The translations under genes were made by a program, and so were the position numbers. The notes under the pieces are model-generated. The model ran no database searches. It had not been told where the DNA came from and saw only the letters and a list, made by a program, of their open reading frames with translations. DNA of 64,000 bases from Candidatus Omnitrophota bacterium (GTDB lineage Bacteria; Omnitrophota; Gorgyraeia; Duberdicusellales; 4484-171): positions 79,120 to 143,119 of the forward strand of contig JBAWWL010000006.1 of NCBI GenBank assembly GCA_037146775.1. Reading direction: 5' to 3'. Positions within the stretch are counted from its first letter, which is position 1, and every line of letters begins with the position of its first letter. This document shows, piece after piece, positions 10,526-18,057 of the stretch.

Positions 10526-11473
10526 TCAGCGCAATCGATTCGTATAACGTTTGACAAAAGAAATTACTTTCTTTTCAACGTGCGGCAAGGTATCTTCGAT
10601 AGTTGTACCACTGGCGCTCCTATGTCCTCCGCCACCGAAAAACTGAGCGATCCTGTTGACATCAACTGTCGGACGCGAACGAAAGTTAACCCTTATTCTG
10701 TTCTTTTCAACCTGTTTAAAAAGGATAAGCACTTCAACATTCTTCAATAATCTCATGATAGAAAAAATTACTTCGGTAAGATCATAGCTTTTTTCCTCCC
10801 ATCGCCCTATTACTGCCCAGCAAATTTTTCGAGAGGAATCGAATTTAAGCGAAGCAATAACCTTCCCAATCAATTTTAAATCTTGGTCTTCGCACAAGCT
10901 GTGCGTATGCTCATAAATCATGCGCGGGCATAAGCCGAAATGCATTAAGTTGGCAACAATGCGATGTGTTTTTTTGGTGGTATTAGTATAAGTAAAGTTT
11001 CCTGTATCGGTAAAAATGCCCGTGTACAGGCAAAGAGCGATATGTTCATCCATGACATTCGCTTTCCTGCAAAGAGTATAAAGCATTTCGCACGCAGAGC
11101 TCGCCTTAGGATCAACCCAGTTAACGTCGCCAAAGAAAGTATTGCTGATATGGTGGTCGATATTTACGATACATCCTACCTGGCTTAGATAATCCTTTAC
11201 TTTACCCGTACGGGAAGAATCGGAACAATCCAAAACCAGCGCTACGTCAAAATGATCTTTTTCAACCGAATTCTTAACGACACGGGAGTAGGGAAGAAAT
11301 TCGTAAATCTCGGGAGTAATGTCGTTATTATAAATTACCGCCTGCTTACCGAGTTTACGCAACAGCCTATACGCAGCCAGCTCCGAACCAAGAGCGTCGC
11401 CCTCGAGGCTTACATGCGCGGTAATCAGAAACCGTTTACCTTGCTGTATTTTCTTTATGACGTCTTTTAGCAT
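10526..11473 (-). CDS. nrnA: DHH/DHHA1 family phosphoesterase (NrnA-like oligoribonuclease/pAp phosphatase)
   Basis: DHH motif (NIDHHISN) and DHHA1 motif (GGGGHRSASG). It sits in the conserved rbfA-nrnA-truB context. Confidence 0.78.
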   Translation of the reverse strand: MLKDVIKKIQQGKRFLITAHVSLEGDALGSELAAYRLLRKLGKQAVIYNNDITPEIYEFLPYSRVVKNSVEKDHFDVALVLDCSDSSRTGKVKDYLSQVGCIVNIDHHISNTFFGDVNWVDPKASSACEMLYTLCRKANVMDEHIALCLYTGIFTDTGNFTYTNTTKKTHRIVANLMHFGLCPRMIYEHTHSLCEDQDLKLIGKVIASLKFDSSRKICWAVIGRWEEKSYDLTEVIFSIMRLLKNVEVLILFKQVEKNRIRVNFRSRPTVDVNRIAQFFGGGGHRSASGTTIEDTLPHVEKKVISFVKRYTNRLR

Positions 11474-11476
11474 TGC

Positions 11477-11848
11477 TTAATCTTTAAGGTGTTCTTTACG
11501 CCGTTTGGCATCATCGGCCTTTACTTGCTCTATTTTTTGATACATATCAACACTGTATTTTATCGAATCGTCCGGTATGAAATGGAGTTCCGGCAGAATT
11601 TTTATGCGTATGCTATTGCCCAACCGCATACGGATAAAACCGCCCATTTTATTCAATATATCTTTTGCCTTGTCATACTTAGTGTCATCAAGTAAACTAA
11701 AATATACTTTACTCTCCTTAAGATCGACGGTCGTTTCCACCCTGGTAACAGAAATTATCCCCAAATGAGGGTCATCAACCTCTCCCTGAATTATTTCCAT
11801 AATCCTCTTTTGCAACTCGCTGTTTACCTTTTCCATCCGTAACGACAT
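11477..11848 (-). CDS. rbfA: ribosome-binding factor A
   Basis: 123 aa RbfA-like KH fold protein in the rbfA-truB neighbourhood. Confidence 0.82.
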   Translation of the reverse strand: MSLRMEKVNSELQKRIMEIIQGEVDDPHLGIISVTRVETTVDLKESKVYFSLLDDTKYDKAKDILNKMGGFIRMRLGNSIRIKILPELHFIPDDSIKYSVDMYQKIEQVKADDAKRRKEHLKD

Positions 11849-11939
11849 ATCATTTCTCCGTAGCTATGTTTATATAACGTTTTAAAAAACAGTTAATGCA
11901 CCCGCAGGAAAAGGATTATAGCGTAAACCTCATTACTTA

Positions 11940-13244
11940 TCAATGATTTACTTTTAACTCCAACGTGCCATGGGTACCAAACAGCCGCACGGCAAGGCCT
12001 TGCGCCGCATTCAACTCTTGCCGGAAAGTAGAAAATCCTTTGTCCAATTTCATATAGAGCAGTTTTTCGAGAATCGTGCCATAAATGGTACAAGGCTTAA
12101 ACCCTAGACGCTTCAGATCTGCCCCCTTAAGCCTTAAGCGCACCTGTACCAATTTAGAAAAAAATAATGCGATGTGTTTTCGTATACGTTTATCGGGATA
12201 ATACGCGTAAAAAAACAGGATACATTCAAAACTAAACGGGTTGAGAAACTGATAAATTTCATGAGGCACTAATCCAGTTCGCAGGCGTTGGATACGTGAA
12301 CGATTTGTATGTGCCGATAATACTCTTATCTTGTCACCCTTATGCAAACCAAACCGTTCCACAAAATGATTGATACTTCCGGAAGAAAGCTTACAGGTAA
12401 TCGCACACAAATATAAGAGCCACTCCTCAAGCTTACGATGTGTATGACAACGTTTAAGATAAAAAATGATTGCCTGTTCGATACGCTGTAAAAGCAACAT
12501 ATCTTGTTTGGTCAATCGCAATTTCTTGTCAATGAACGAAAAAGCGCCCAGTGAATTGATCCGCTTAATATAACGACAAGGTTGCGGTTCCTTCAAGATC
12601 GGGATCAACTCATCACGCAACCGATGAGGGTTCACCCAGCGTAGCGCACCGCGCCGTAAAGCTGTTTGCAAAAGGCACCGTGTCTTTTTCTCGATCGTAA
12701 AAGAAAACCGCTGTTCAAACTTTATGGCGCGCAAAATTCGTGTGGGGTCGTCAAGAAAACTATTTTCATGCAAGACCCGGATAAGACCACGTTTGAGATC
12801 GATCAACCCGTTATGTAAATCGATAAGAGTACCATAATCATCCCTATTGAGGCTTATTGCCATAGCATTGATGGTAAAATCTCGACGCGCAAGGTCGCGC
12901 GACAGTTCTGCCGGTTCGACCGAAGGAAGCGCGCCCGCATGTGCGTACGTTTCTTGACGTGCAGTCGCAAAATCTATCTGATACTGATCATAATATACCG
13001 TAGCGGTACCGAAACTATGATGTTTTTTAAACTGTTTCTTGTGAGTGTGCGCAAAGGCTTGAGCGAACAATATTGCATCTCCTTCGACCACGATATCAAG
13101 ATCAACAATATTTTTTCCGAGGATCAGATCCCGCACCACCCCCCCCACAAGATACACGCGGATTCCGGCGGAATCAGAAAGCCTAGAAATGTTTTTTAAA
13201 ATAGAAGAGAAATCTTTTGACAATATTCGTAATTTATTTTTCAT
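11940..13244 (-). CDS. tRNA nucleotidyltransferase / poly(A) polymerase family protein, paralog 1 (no HD domain)
   Basis: Class-II nucleotidyltransferase head: LVGGVVRDLILGKNIVDLDIVV and RRDFTINA. No HD motif. 434 aa. Confidence 0.75.
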   Translation of the reverse strand: MKNKLRILSKDFSSILKNISRLSDSAGIRVYLVGGVVRDLILGKNIVDLDIVVEGDAILFAQAFAHTHKKQFKKHHSFGTATVYYDQYQIDFATARQETYAHAGALPSVEPAELSRDLARRDFTINAMAISLNRDDYGTLIDLHNGLIDLKRGLIRVLHENSFLDDPTRILRAIKFEQRFSFTIEKKTRCLLQTALRRGALRWVNPHRLRDELIPILKEPQPCRYIKRINSLGAFSFIDKKLRLTKQDMLLLQRIEQAIIFYLKRCHTHRKLEEWLLYLCAITCKLSSGSINHFVERFGLHKGDKIRVLSAHTNRSRIQRLRTGLVPHEIYQFLNPFSFECILFFYAYYPDKRIRKHIALFFSKLVQVRLRLKGADLKRLGFKPCTIYGTILEKLLYMKLDKGFSTFRQELNAAQGLAVRLFGTHGTLELKVNH

Positions 13245-13248
13245 ATTA

Positions 13249-14136
13249 CTATTTTGCGCGAGGATGAAACTTTCCGTGTATTTCTTTCAGCCGCGACTGG
13301 TTGATGTGGGTATAAATTTGCGTTGTCGTAATACTGGTGTGGCCCAGCATTTCTTGAACGCTGCGTAAATCCGCCCCCCGTTCCAAAAGGTGCGTAGCGA
13401 AAGAGTGGCGAAGCGTATGCGGACTGACTTTCTTCTTTACCCCCGCCTCATGCACCGCCTTTTTAATCATTTTCCAAATACTCTGTCGCGAAAGCCTATG
13501 GCCGCCTTGAGCCAAAAATAAATATATTGCCGCCTTTCTTCCCAACAACTTCCCTCGCGAGGCCTCAAGATATGTGTGCAAAAAACCTTGCGCGATTTTT
13601 CCCAGAGGAACAATCCGTTCCTTAGAACCTTTGCCCTTACATTTGAGAAAACCTAAATCAAGATTTAGGTCGGAAAGCTTAAGAAATGAAGCTTCGGAAA
13701 CACGCAAACCCGTCGCATACATCAATTCCAGTATCGCCCTATCTCGCAACCCCTGGGCATTCCGCTTATTTTTCACCTTTAAAATTCTATTTACTTCTTC
13801 ACAGCTCAAAAAAGAAGGGATCTTTTTCTCTACCTTGAGCGCTTCAAGAAAATCTGCCGGATTTGAGGTGGTAATTTTTTCCCGTACCAAAAAACGGTGA
13901 AAATTCTTAACTGTAGAAAGTATACGTGAAATACTTATTACTGATATTTTATTGCGCAGAAAAAATAAAAAGCCGCCGATATCTTTCGATGTGATTTTGG
14001 CTGGTTCGACAATCCCCTGTTCTCGTAAGTAAGCGGTATATTTCTTTAAATCCTGTTGATAAGAAAGTATTGAATTCTGTGATAGCCCTTTCTCAACTTT
14101 TAGATAATCGTTGAATGCTTCGCAATAAATTTCCAT
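13249..14136 (-). CDS. tyrosine site-specific recombinase XerC/XerD
   Basis: Phage-integrase catalytic box (HTLRHSFATHLL...LGH...IYTH) and an N-terminal SAM-like core-binding domain. Confidence 0.85.
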   Translation of the reverse strand: MEIYCEAFNDYLKVEKGLSQNSILSYQQDLKKYTAYLREQGIVEPAKITSKDIGGFLFFLRNKISVISISRILSTVKNFHRFLVREKITTSNPADFLEALKVEKKIPSFLSCEEVNRILKVKNKRNAQGLRDRAILELMYATGLRVSEASFLKLSDLNLDLGFLKCKGKGSKERIVPLGKIAQGFLHTYLEASRGKLLGRKAAIYLFLAQGGHRLSRQSIWKMIKKAVHEAGVKKKVSPHTLRHSFATHLLERGADLRSVQEMLGHTSITTTQIYTHINQSRLKEIHGKFHPRAK

Positions 14137-14763
14137 TTATACCAAAAACGGATTCGTCTCCTGCTCTTTCTTAACGGTTGTCGCAGGGCCGTGGCCGGGA
14201 TACACAATCGTCGCGGGAGGCAAGGTAAGTATTTTTTCTTTTATGGAGGTAACGAGCGTATCCTGCGAGCCGAGGGGAACGTCGGTTCTGCCTATTGAAT
14301 GAGAAAAAAGCGTATCGCCGCTGAAAACCCACCCCCCCAACAACAAAGAAATAGATCCTGGCGTATGACCGGGCGTGTGCAGCACCGAAATCGTATGAGA
14401 GCCGAAAGATAAAACTCCCCCCTCATCTATCGGCAATGGCTTCTTGCAGACGCTCAATGGCGCAGAAAAATACGAGGAACCATTGAGCCGCATATCTTCC
14501 AAAAAAGGCATATCGGCCGGATGAAGGTAACATTTCTGGGTAAATGCATCAAGCGAGGCAATATGGTCAAAATGACCGTGAGTAATAACGAGGAACAGAA
14601 TATCTAATTGTTCTTTGCGGATAAATTCCTGAACCGGTTCGCTTTCACTGGGAGCATCGACAACAAATCCTTTTTTGCTTTCCTTTTCAAAAATAACATA
14701 ACAGTTATTGTAAAGAGCCCCCAGAACAAATGTTTTTAAGCTTATATCTTGCATGCGCAACAA
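14137..14763 (-). CDS. MBL-fold metallo-hydrolase (glyoxalase II-like)
   Basis: HxHxDH motif (ITHGHFDHI) with downstream His/Asp ligands. The start is probably the internal MQDIS. Confidence 0.8.
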   Translation of the reverse strand: MLRMQDISLKTFVLGALYNNCYVIFEKESKKGFVVDAPSESEPVQEFIRKEQLDILFLVITHGHFDHIASLDAFTQKCYLHPADMPFLEDMRLNGSSYFSAPLSVCKKPLPIDEGGVLSFGSHTISVLHTPGHTPGSISLLLGGWVFSGDTLFSHSIGRTDVPLGSQDTLVTSIKEKILTLPPATIVYPGHGPATTVKKEQETNPFLV

Positions 14764-14921
14764 GTGTTTGATTGTTATGTAAGCCGCTACGATGCGTTGT
14801 GAAGCGTTCCGGTAATAGAAGACCCCATAGGCATACCTTTTTAGCAGTATCTCTGTCTACCGATAGACATGCCTAGACGTGGCCTTTTGCAAAGGCGGAT
14901 AAACGCGAAACTGTACCGCGC

Positions 14922-15416
14922 TTACTCCATCCATTTCTGTGCATCGGTATAATTAAACTCTGCCTCAAACTTTCTCTGAAAATGCTCAATTCTCTGTATA
15001 AGCACGTTACGCTCGACGCTGCTCATGTTTGGATCTCGCGTAATCGCCTCTCTTACCTTGGTTAAATCCTGATAAAGCGGATAGATCTTTTCTTTACCCT
15101 GCTGATTATAAAACATTGTTATTTGTTCCAGGTTCATAACTGCCTCATTAATCGCGCGCTTATCCCGTTTCATGCTGTATCCTTTCTGCAACGATTCGTT
15201 CAACTCTTCAAGCCATCCCCTGACAAAAAGATAATAATCAATATATGCCTCCCGCGATGGCTTATTGGGATAGTTCTTAAAATCAACGTATACTGGCGCT
15301 TTTTCTTCAAACTTTTTCTTGCGTACAAACTTCTTACGCAGAGTATAACAGCCACTGGTCAAAAAAAGCGCCATAATAAGTAACCAGAACACGCCTTTCT
15401 TCATATTTGCAATCAT
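14922..15416 (-). CDS. hypothetical lipoprotein
   Basis: Signal peptide with lipobox (LFLTSGC). The mature part is helical and K/E-rich with no recognisable domain. Confidence 0.5.
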   Translation of the reverse strand: MIANMKKGVFWLLIMALFLTSGCYTLRKKFVRKKKFEEKAPVYVDFKNYPNKPSREAYIDYYLFVRGWLEELNESLQKGYSMKRDKRAINEAVMNLEQITMFYNQQGKEKIYPLYQDLTKVREAITRDPNMSSVERNVLIQRIEHFQRKFEAEFNYTDAQKWME

Positions 15417-15509
15417 TTATCTACCGCCTATACTTCATCCGCATAACCGGGGAAATTGTTTATGTTGATGTAATTATACCACGCAAGCCTAAAAAAGCTA
15501 TATAAACCT

Positions 15510-16256
15510 TCAATATTTTACCTTCATCAGATAGAGCCCGCAGGCCGGAGCAGGTTTATTGTGATAGTGTCTTTTCCTTTCTAAGACACTCAGCGCCTCG
15601 TCGACGGTAATTCTCCCCTCGCCTATGGCTACCAGAAAAGAAACAATATTTCTGGCCATATTCCTTAAAAATCCATTCGCTTCTATATCGACATGAACTA
15701 AACTCCCCTTTTTACGTAAAGTGATAGCCTTGATGCACCGAGTACAATCATTATAACTTCTCTCTTCTTTAGCAAAAAGAGAAAAATCTTTTTTTCCCAT
15801 AAGCTCACGCGCCACTCGACGCATTGCGACCAGATCAAGGACCCGTGGCCTATGCCAGGCAAAATTCTCCCAGAACACACTTGCGTCTTCACGATTCAAG
15901 ATAATATAGCGGTATATTTTTGATTTTGCCCAAAAACGCGCATGAAAATCTGCCGGAACTATTTTTACGCTTTTAACCCTTATATCTTGCGGCAAAAATG
16001 CGTTCAAGCCGCTTTTGATATTTCTTAAAGGGATTTGCGAGTCTATCTTAAAATTTATTGCCTGCCCCCCAGCATGCACCCCCCGATCAGTTCTGGAAGC
16101 GTAAGTAATTCTGATTTTTTTCTTATATAGCTTAAACAGCGCCCCCTCGAGGGCTTCTTGAACACTATTTTCTTTGATATCTTTTTTATTTTGCAGCTGA
16201 AAACCAAAATAATTGGTGCCAAGATATTCGATTTTGAGAAAAATATTTTTTAGCAT
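15510..16256 (-). CDS. truA: tRNA pseudouridine(38-40) synthase TruA
   Basis: Catalytic motif RTDRGVHA. 248 aa. Confidence 0.92.
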   Translation of the reverse strand: MLKNIFLKIEYLGTNYFGFQLQNKKDIKENSVQEALEGALFKLYKKKIRITYASRTDRGVHAGGQAINFKIDSQIPLRNIKSGLNAFLPQDIRVKSVKIVPADFHARFWAKSKIYRYIILNREDASVFWENFAWHRPRVLDLVAMRRVARELMGKKDFSLFAKEERSYNDCTRCIKAITLRKKGSLVHVDIEANGFLRNMARNIVSFLVAIGEGRITVDEALSVLERKRHYHNKPAPACGLYLMKVKY

Positions 16257-16454
16257 ATCGTTTTCTATCTATATCTTTATATTTTCGAAGGCAATCGAAC
16301 GGATTCCGGGTAACACTTATACTCTATAATATCTGCATATTCTTATACAATTCTGTGTTTTTTGATATTATAGATATAATACTGAATACTGCAAGATTTT
16401 TTCTTTACAATGCAATATAACCGTGCTATAAATCGAGAATGGATAATAAACTTA

Positions 16455-16634
16455 CATAAGAACCCAATCCAGTGGACTGTATCCACGGCTTTGGATTGGA
16501 CTCTTTAGGCAGTCGAACCTTCTAAATATCGAGAACAAATTCTACGATTTTTTCCCGAAAAGGTTCGACATAATTCGACTATAGATTTTTTCTTCGAAAA
16601 ATGCAAGTCTCATTAGCTGATTTTTGTGTTAGAT
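16455..16634 (+). repeat. structured ~175 bp repeat, copy 1 (ends TGTGTTAGAT)
   Basis: About 90% identical to copy 2 at 17227..17405. It contains hairpins CCAATCCA(N20)TGGATTGG and GTCGAACC(N40)GGTTCGAC, and ends in GTTAGAT. Confidence 0.85.
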
Positions 16635-16657
16635 TGAAAAAATAAAAGGAAAACCCT

Positions 16658-17218
16658 ATGTTGAAAGCAAAAATAATCTTAGTGTTTACTTTATCGCTGA
16701 TTTTGTTTCCCACATTTACCTGCCATTCTCAAGATGCAGCCGAGTTAACTGATCCTGCTTCGGATGGAATATATAAAATGGGGCCTGCCACAGTTAAATT
16801 TATCCCGCCGCCGGGATGGAAACGTAAGACAAATGCAGATCCAGCAATTGGAATAATTCATCGAGTTGAATTTGCTCATCCCTCCGATGAATTGACAACT
16901 ATTCAAATCGAAATTCAATCGCCAACCCCTTACGCTAACTTCGGTGAGGAAGAAGCCTTAAACCGTTTAATGGAGCAATCTTTGGGAATGTCCCCGCAGA
17001 AAATAACCTTTGCCGGCCAAAAGGCTATATCAAGCGTATCGGAAAGCTTTGGATCCAAGATAAAAATGATTTATTTTGTAAAAGGTAATGCCCTTTTCTA
17101 TATTATAATCACTCCCAGCAAAAATGAAGAATTTGATAAACTATTAGCTGTCGCTGATGAGTGCTTAAAAAGTTTTGAAATAATTTCCATAGAGACATCA
17201 AACAATAACAGCCTTTAA
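16658..17218 (+). CDS. hypothetical secreted protein (cassette-like ORF)
   Basis: 186 aa with an N-terminal signal peptide (ILVFTLSLILFPTFTC), RBS AAAGGA, and no recognisable domain. It is plus-strand, unlike every flanking gene. Confidence 0.55.
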   Translation: MLKAKIILVFTLSLILFPTFTCHSQDAAELTDPASDGIYKMGPATVKFIPPPGWKRKTNADPAIGIIHRVEFAHPSDELTTIQIEIQSPTPYANFGEEEALNRLMEQSLGMSPQKITFAGQKAISSVSESFGSKIKMIYFVKGNALFYIIITPSKNEEFDKLLAVADECLKSFEIISIETSNNNSL

Positions 17219-17226
17219 AATAGACT

Positions 17227-17405
17227 GTCTAACAACCCAATCCAACGGACTGTACTCACGGCTTTGGATTGGACTCTTTAGGCAGTCGAACCTTCTAAAT
17301 ATCGGGAAAAATTCTACGATTTTTTCCCGAAAAGGTTCGACATAATTCGCTATAGATTTTTTCTTCGAAAAAATCTAAGTCTCATTAGCTGATTTTTGTG
17401 TTAGA
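17227..17405 (+). repeat. structured ~175 bp repeat, copy 2 (GTCTAAC...GTTAGAA termini)
   Basis: Full-length copy between the secreted ORF and yefM. It starts GTCTAACAACCCAATCC and ends TTTTTGTGTTAGAA. It has three hairpins: the 8-bp CCAATCCA/TGGATTGG stem, the 8-bp GTCGAACC/GGTTCGAC stem, and AGATTTTTT-CTTCG-AAAAAATCT. Confidence 0.85.
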
Positions 17406-17430
17406 AATAATAAAAAATAAATTAGTACTA

Positions 17431-17460
17431 TTGACAAAACGTACGCAATATGGTACGCTT
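17431..17460 (+). promoter_or_regulatory. yefM-yoeB promoter/operator: TTGACA -35-like hexamer plus two GTAC-core repeats spaced 12 bp centre-to-centre
   Basis: TTGACA at 17431..17436, then CGTACG (17440..17445) and GGTACG (17452..17457). GTAC cores 12 bp apart match the known YefM-YoeB operator architecture. The ATG is at 17479. Confidence 0.5.
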
Positions 17461-17478
17461 TAGTAGAGGTGATCTAAA

Positions 17479-17721
17479 ATGACAACATTAAGCGCTACTC
17501 AAGCAAGGAACCGGCTATATAAATTGTTAGATGCTACCGCTTTATCCCATGAACCTATCCAAATTACCGGCAAACGCCACAATGCTATTTTAATTGCCGA
17601 AGATGATTGGCGTTCAATCAAGGAAACATTATATTTGCTCTCCATTCCGGGAATGAGGAAATCTATCCAAAAAGGATTGAAAACTCCTGTTTCAAAATGC
17701 GCTAAATCTCTTAAATGGTGA
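17479..17721 (+). CDS. yefM: type II antitoxin, Phd/YefM family
   Basis: 80 aa. The N-terminus MTTLSATQARNRLYKLLD...EPIQITGKRHNAILIAEDDWRSIKETLYLLS is typical YefM. It overlaps the toxin gene by 7 nt. Confidence 0.85.
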   Translation: MTTLSATQARNRLYKLLDATALSHEPIQITGKRHNAILIAEDDWRSIKETLYLLSIPGMRKSIQKGLKTPVSKCAKSLKW

Positions 17722-17981
17722 ATTGGCAATTAGTCTACACTAAGCAGGCGCAAAAAGACGCTAAAAAGCTCGCTACCGTTGGTCTGCAGCTAAAAGCACA
17801 GGAACTCCTTTTAATCTTACAAAAAAATCCTTTTCAAACTCCTCCCCCATTTGAAAAATTAGTTGGTGATTTGGCTAGAGCTTACTCACGTAGAATAAAT
17901 ATTCAGCATCGGCTTGTATACCAAGTCATTAAAGAATTACGAACTGTAAAAATCATCCGGATGTGGACGCATTATGAATAA
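17715..17981 (+). CDS. yoeB: type II toxin YoeB/Txe (RelE superfamily mRNA interferase)
   Basis: 88 aa with YoeB hallmarks: W..VYTKQAQKDAKKL, NPF, EKLVGDL, YSRRINIQHRLVYQV, RMWTHYE. Confidence 0.88.
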   Translation: MVNWQLVYTKQAQKDAKKLATVGLQLKAQELLLILQKNPFQTPPPFEKLVGDLARAYSRRINIQHRLVYQVIKELRTVKIIRMWTHYE

Positions 17982-17987
17982 ATTAGT

Positions 17988-18047
17988 TTCTAACAAGTCA
18001 ATCCAGCGGACTGTACTCGCGGCTTTGGGTTGAACTCTTTAGGCAGG
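17988..18047 (+). repeat. structured repeat, copy 3 (5' ~55 bp only), abutting the asd stop
   Basis: TTTCTAACAAGTCAATCCAGCGGACTGTACTCGCGGCTTTGGGTTGAACTCTTTAGGCAG aligns to the first third of copies 1 and 2. Confidence 0.8.
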
Positions 18048-18057
18048 TACAATCCTG

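Noticed and set aside
14764-14921. Intrinsic terminator after the lipoprotein gene (GCCTTTTGCAAAGGC hairpin)
   Set aside because: The hairpin is short and not followed by a U-run on the transcribed strand, so I do not call it.
16461-16520. tRNA or tRNA fragment within the structured repeat (GGTTCGAC / hairpin arms)
   Set aside because: No cloverleaf can be drawn, and there is no acceptor stem, anticodon loop geometry or CCA context. The GGTTCGAC is one arm of a long-range stem.
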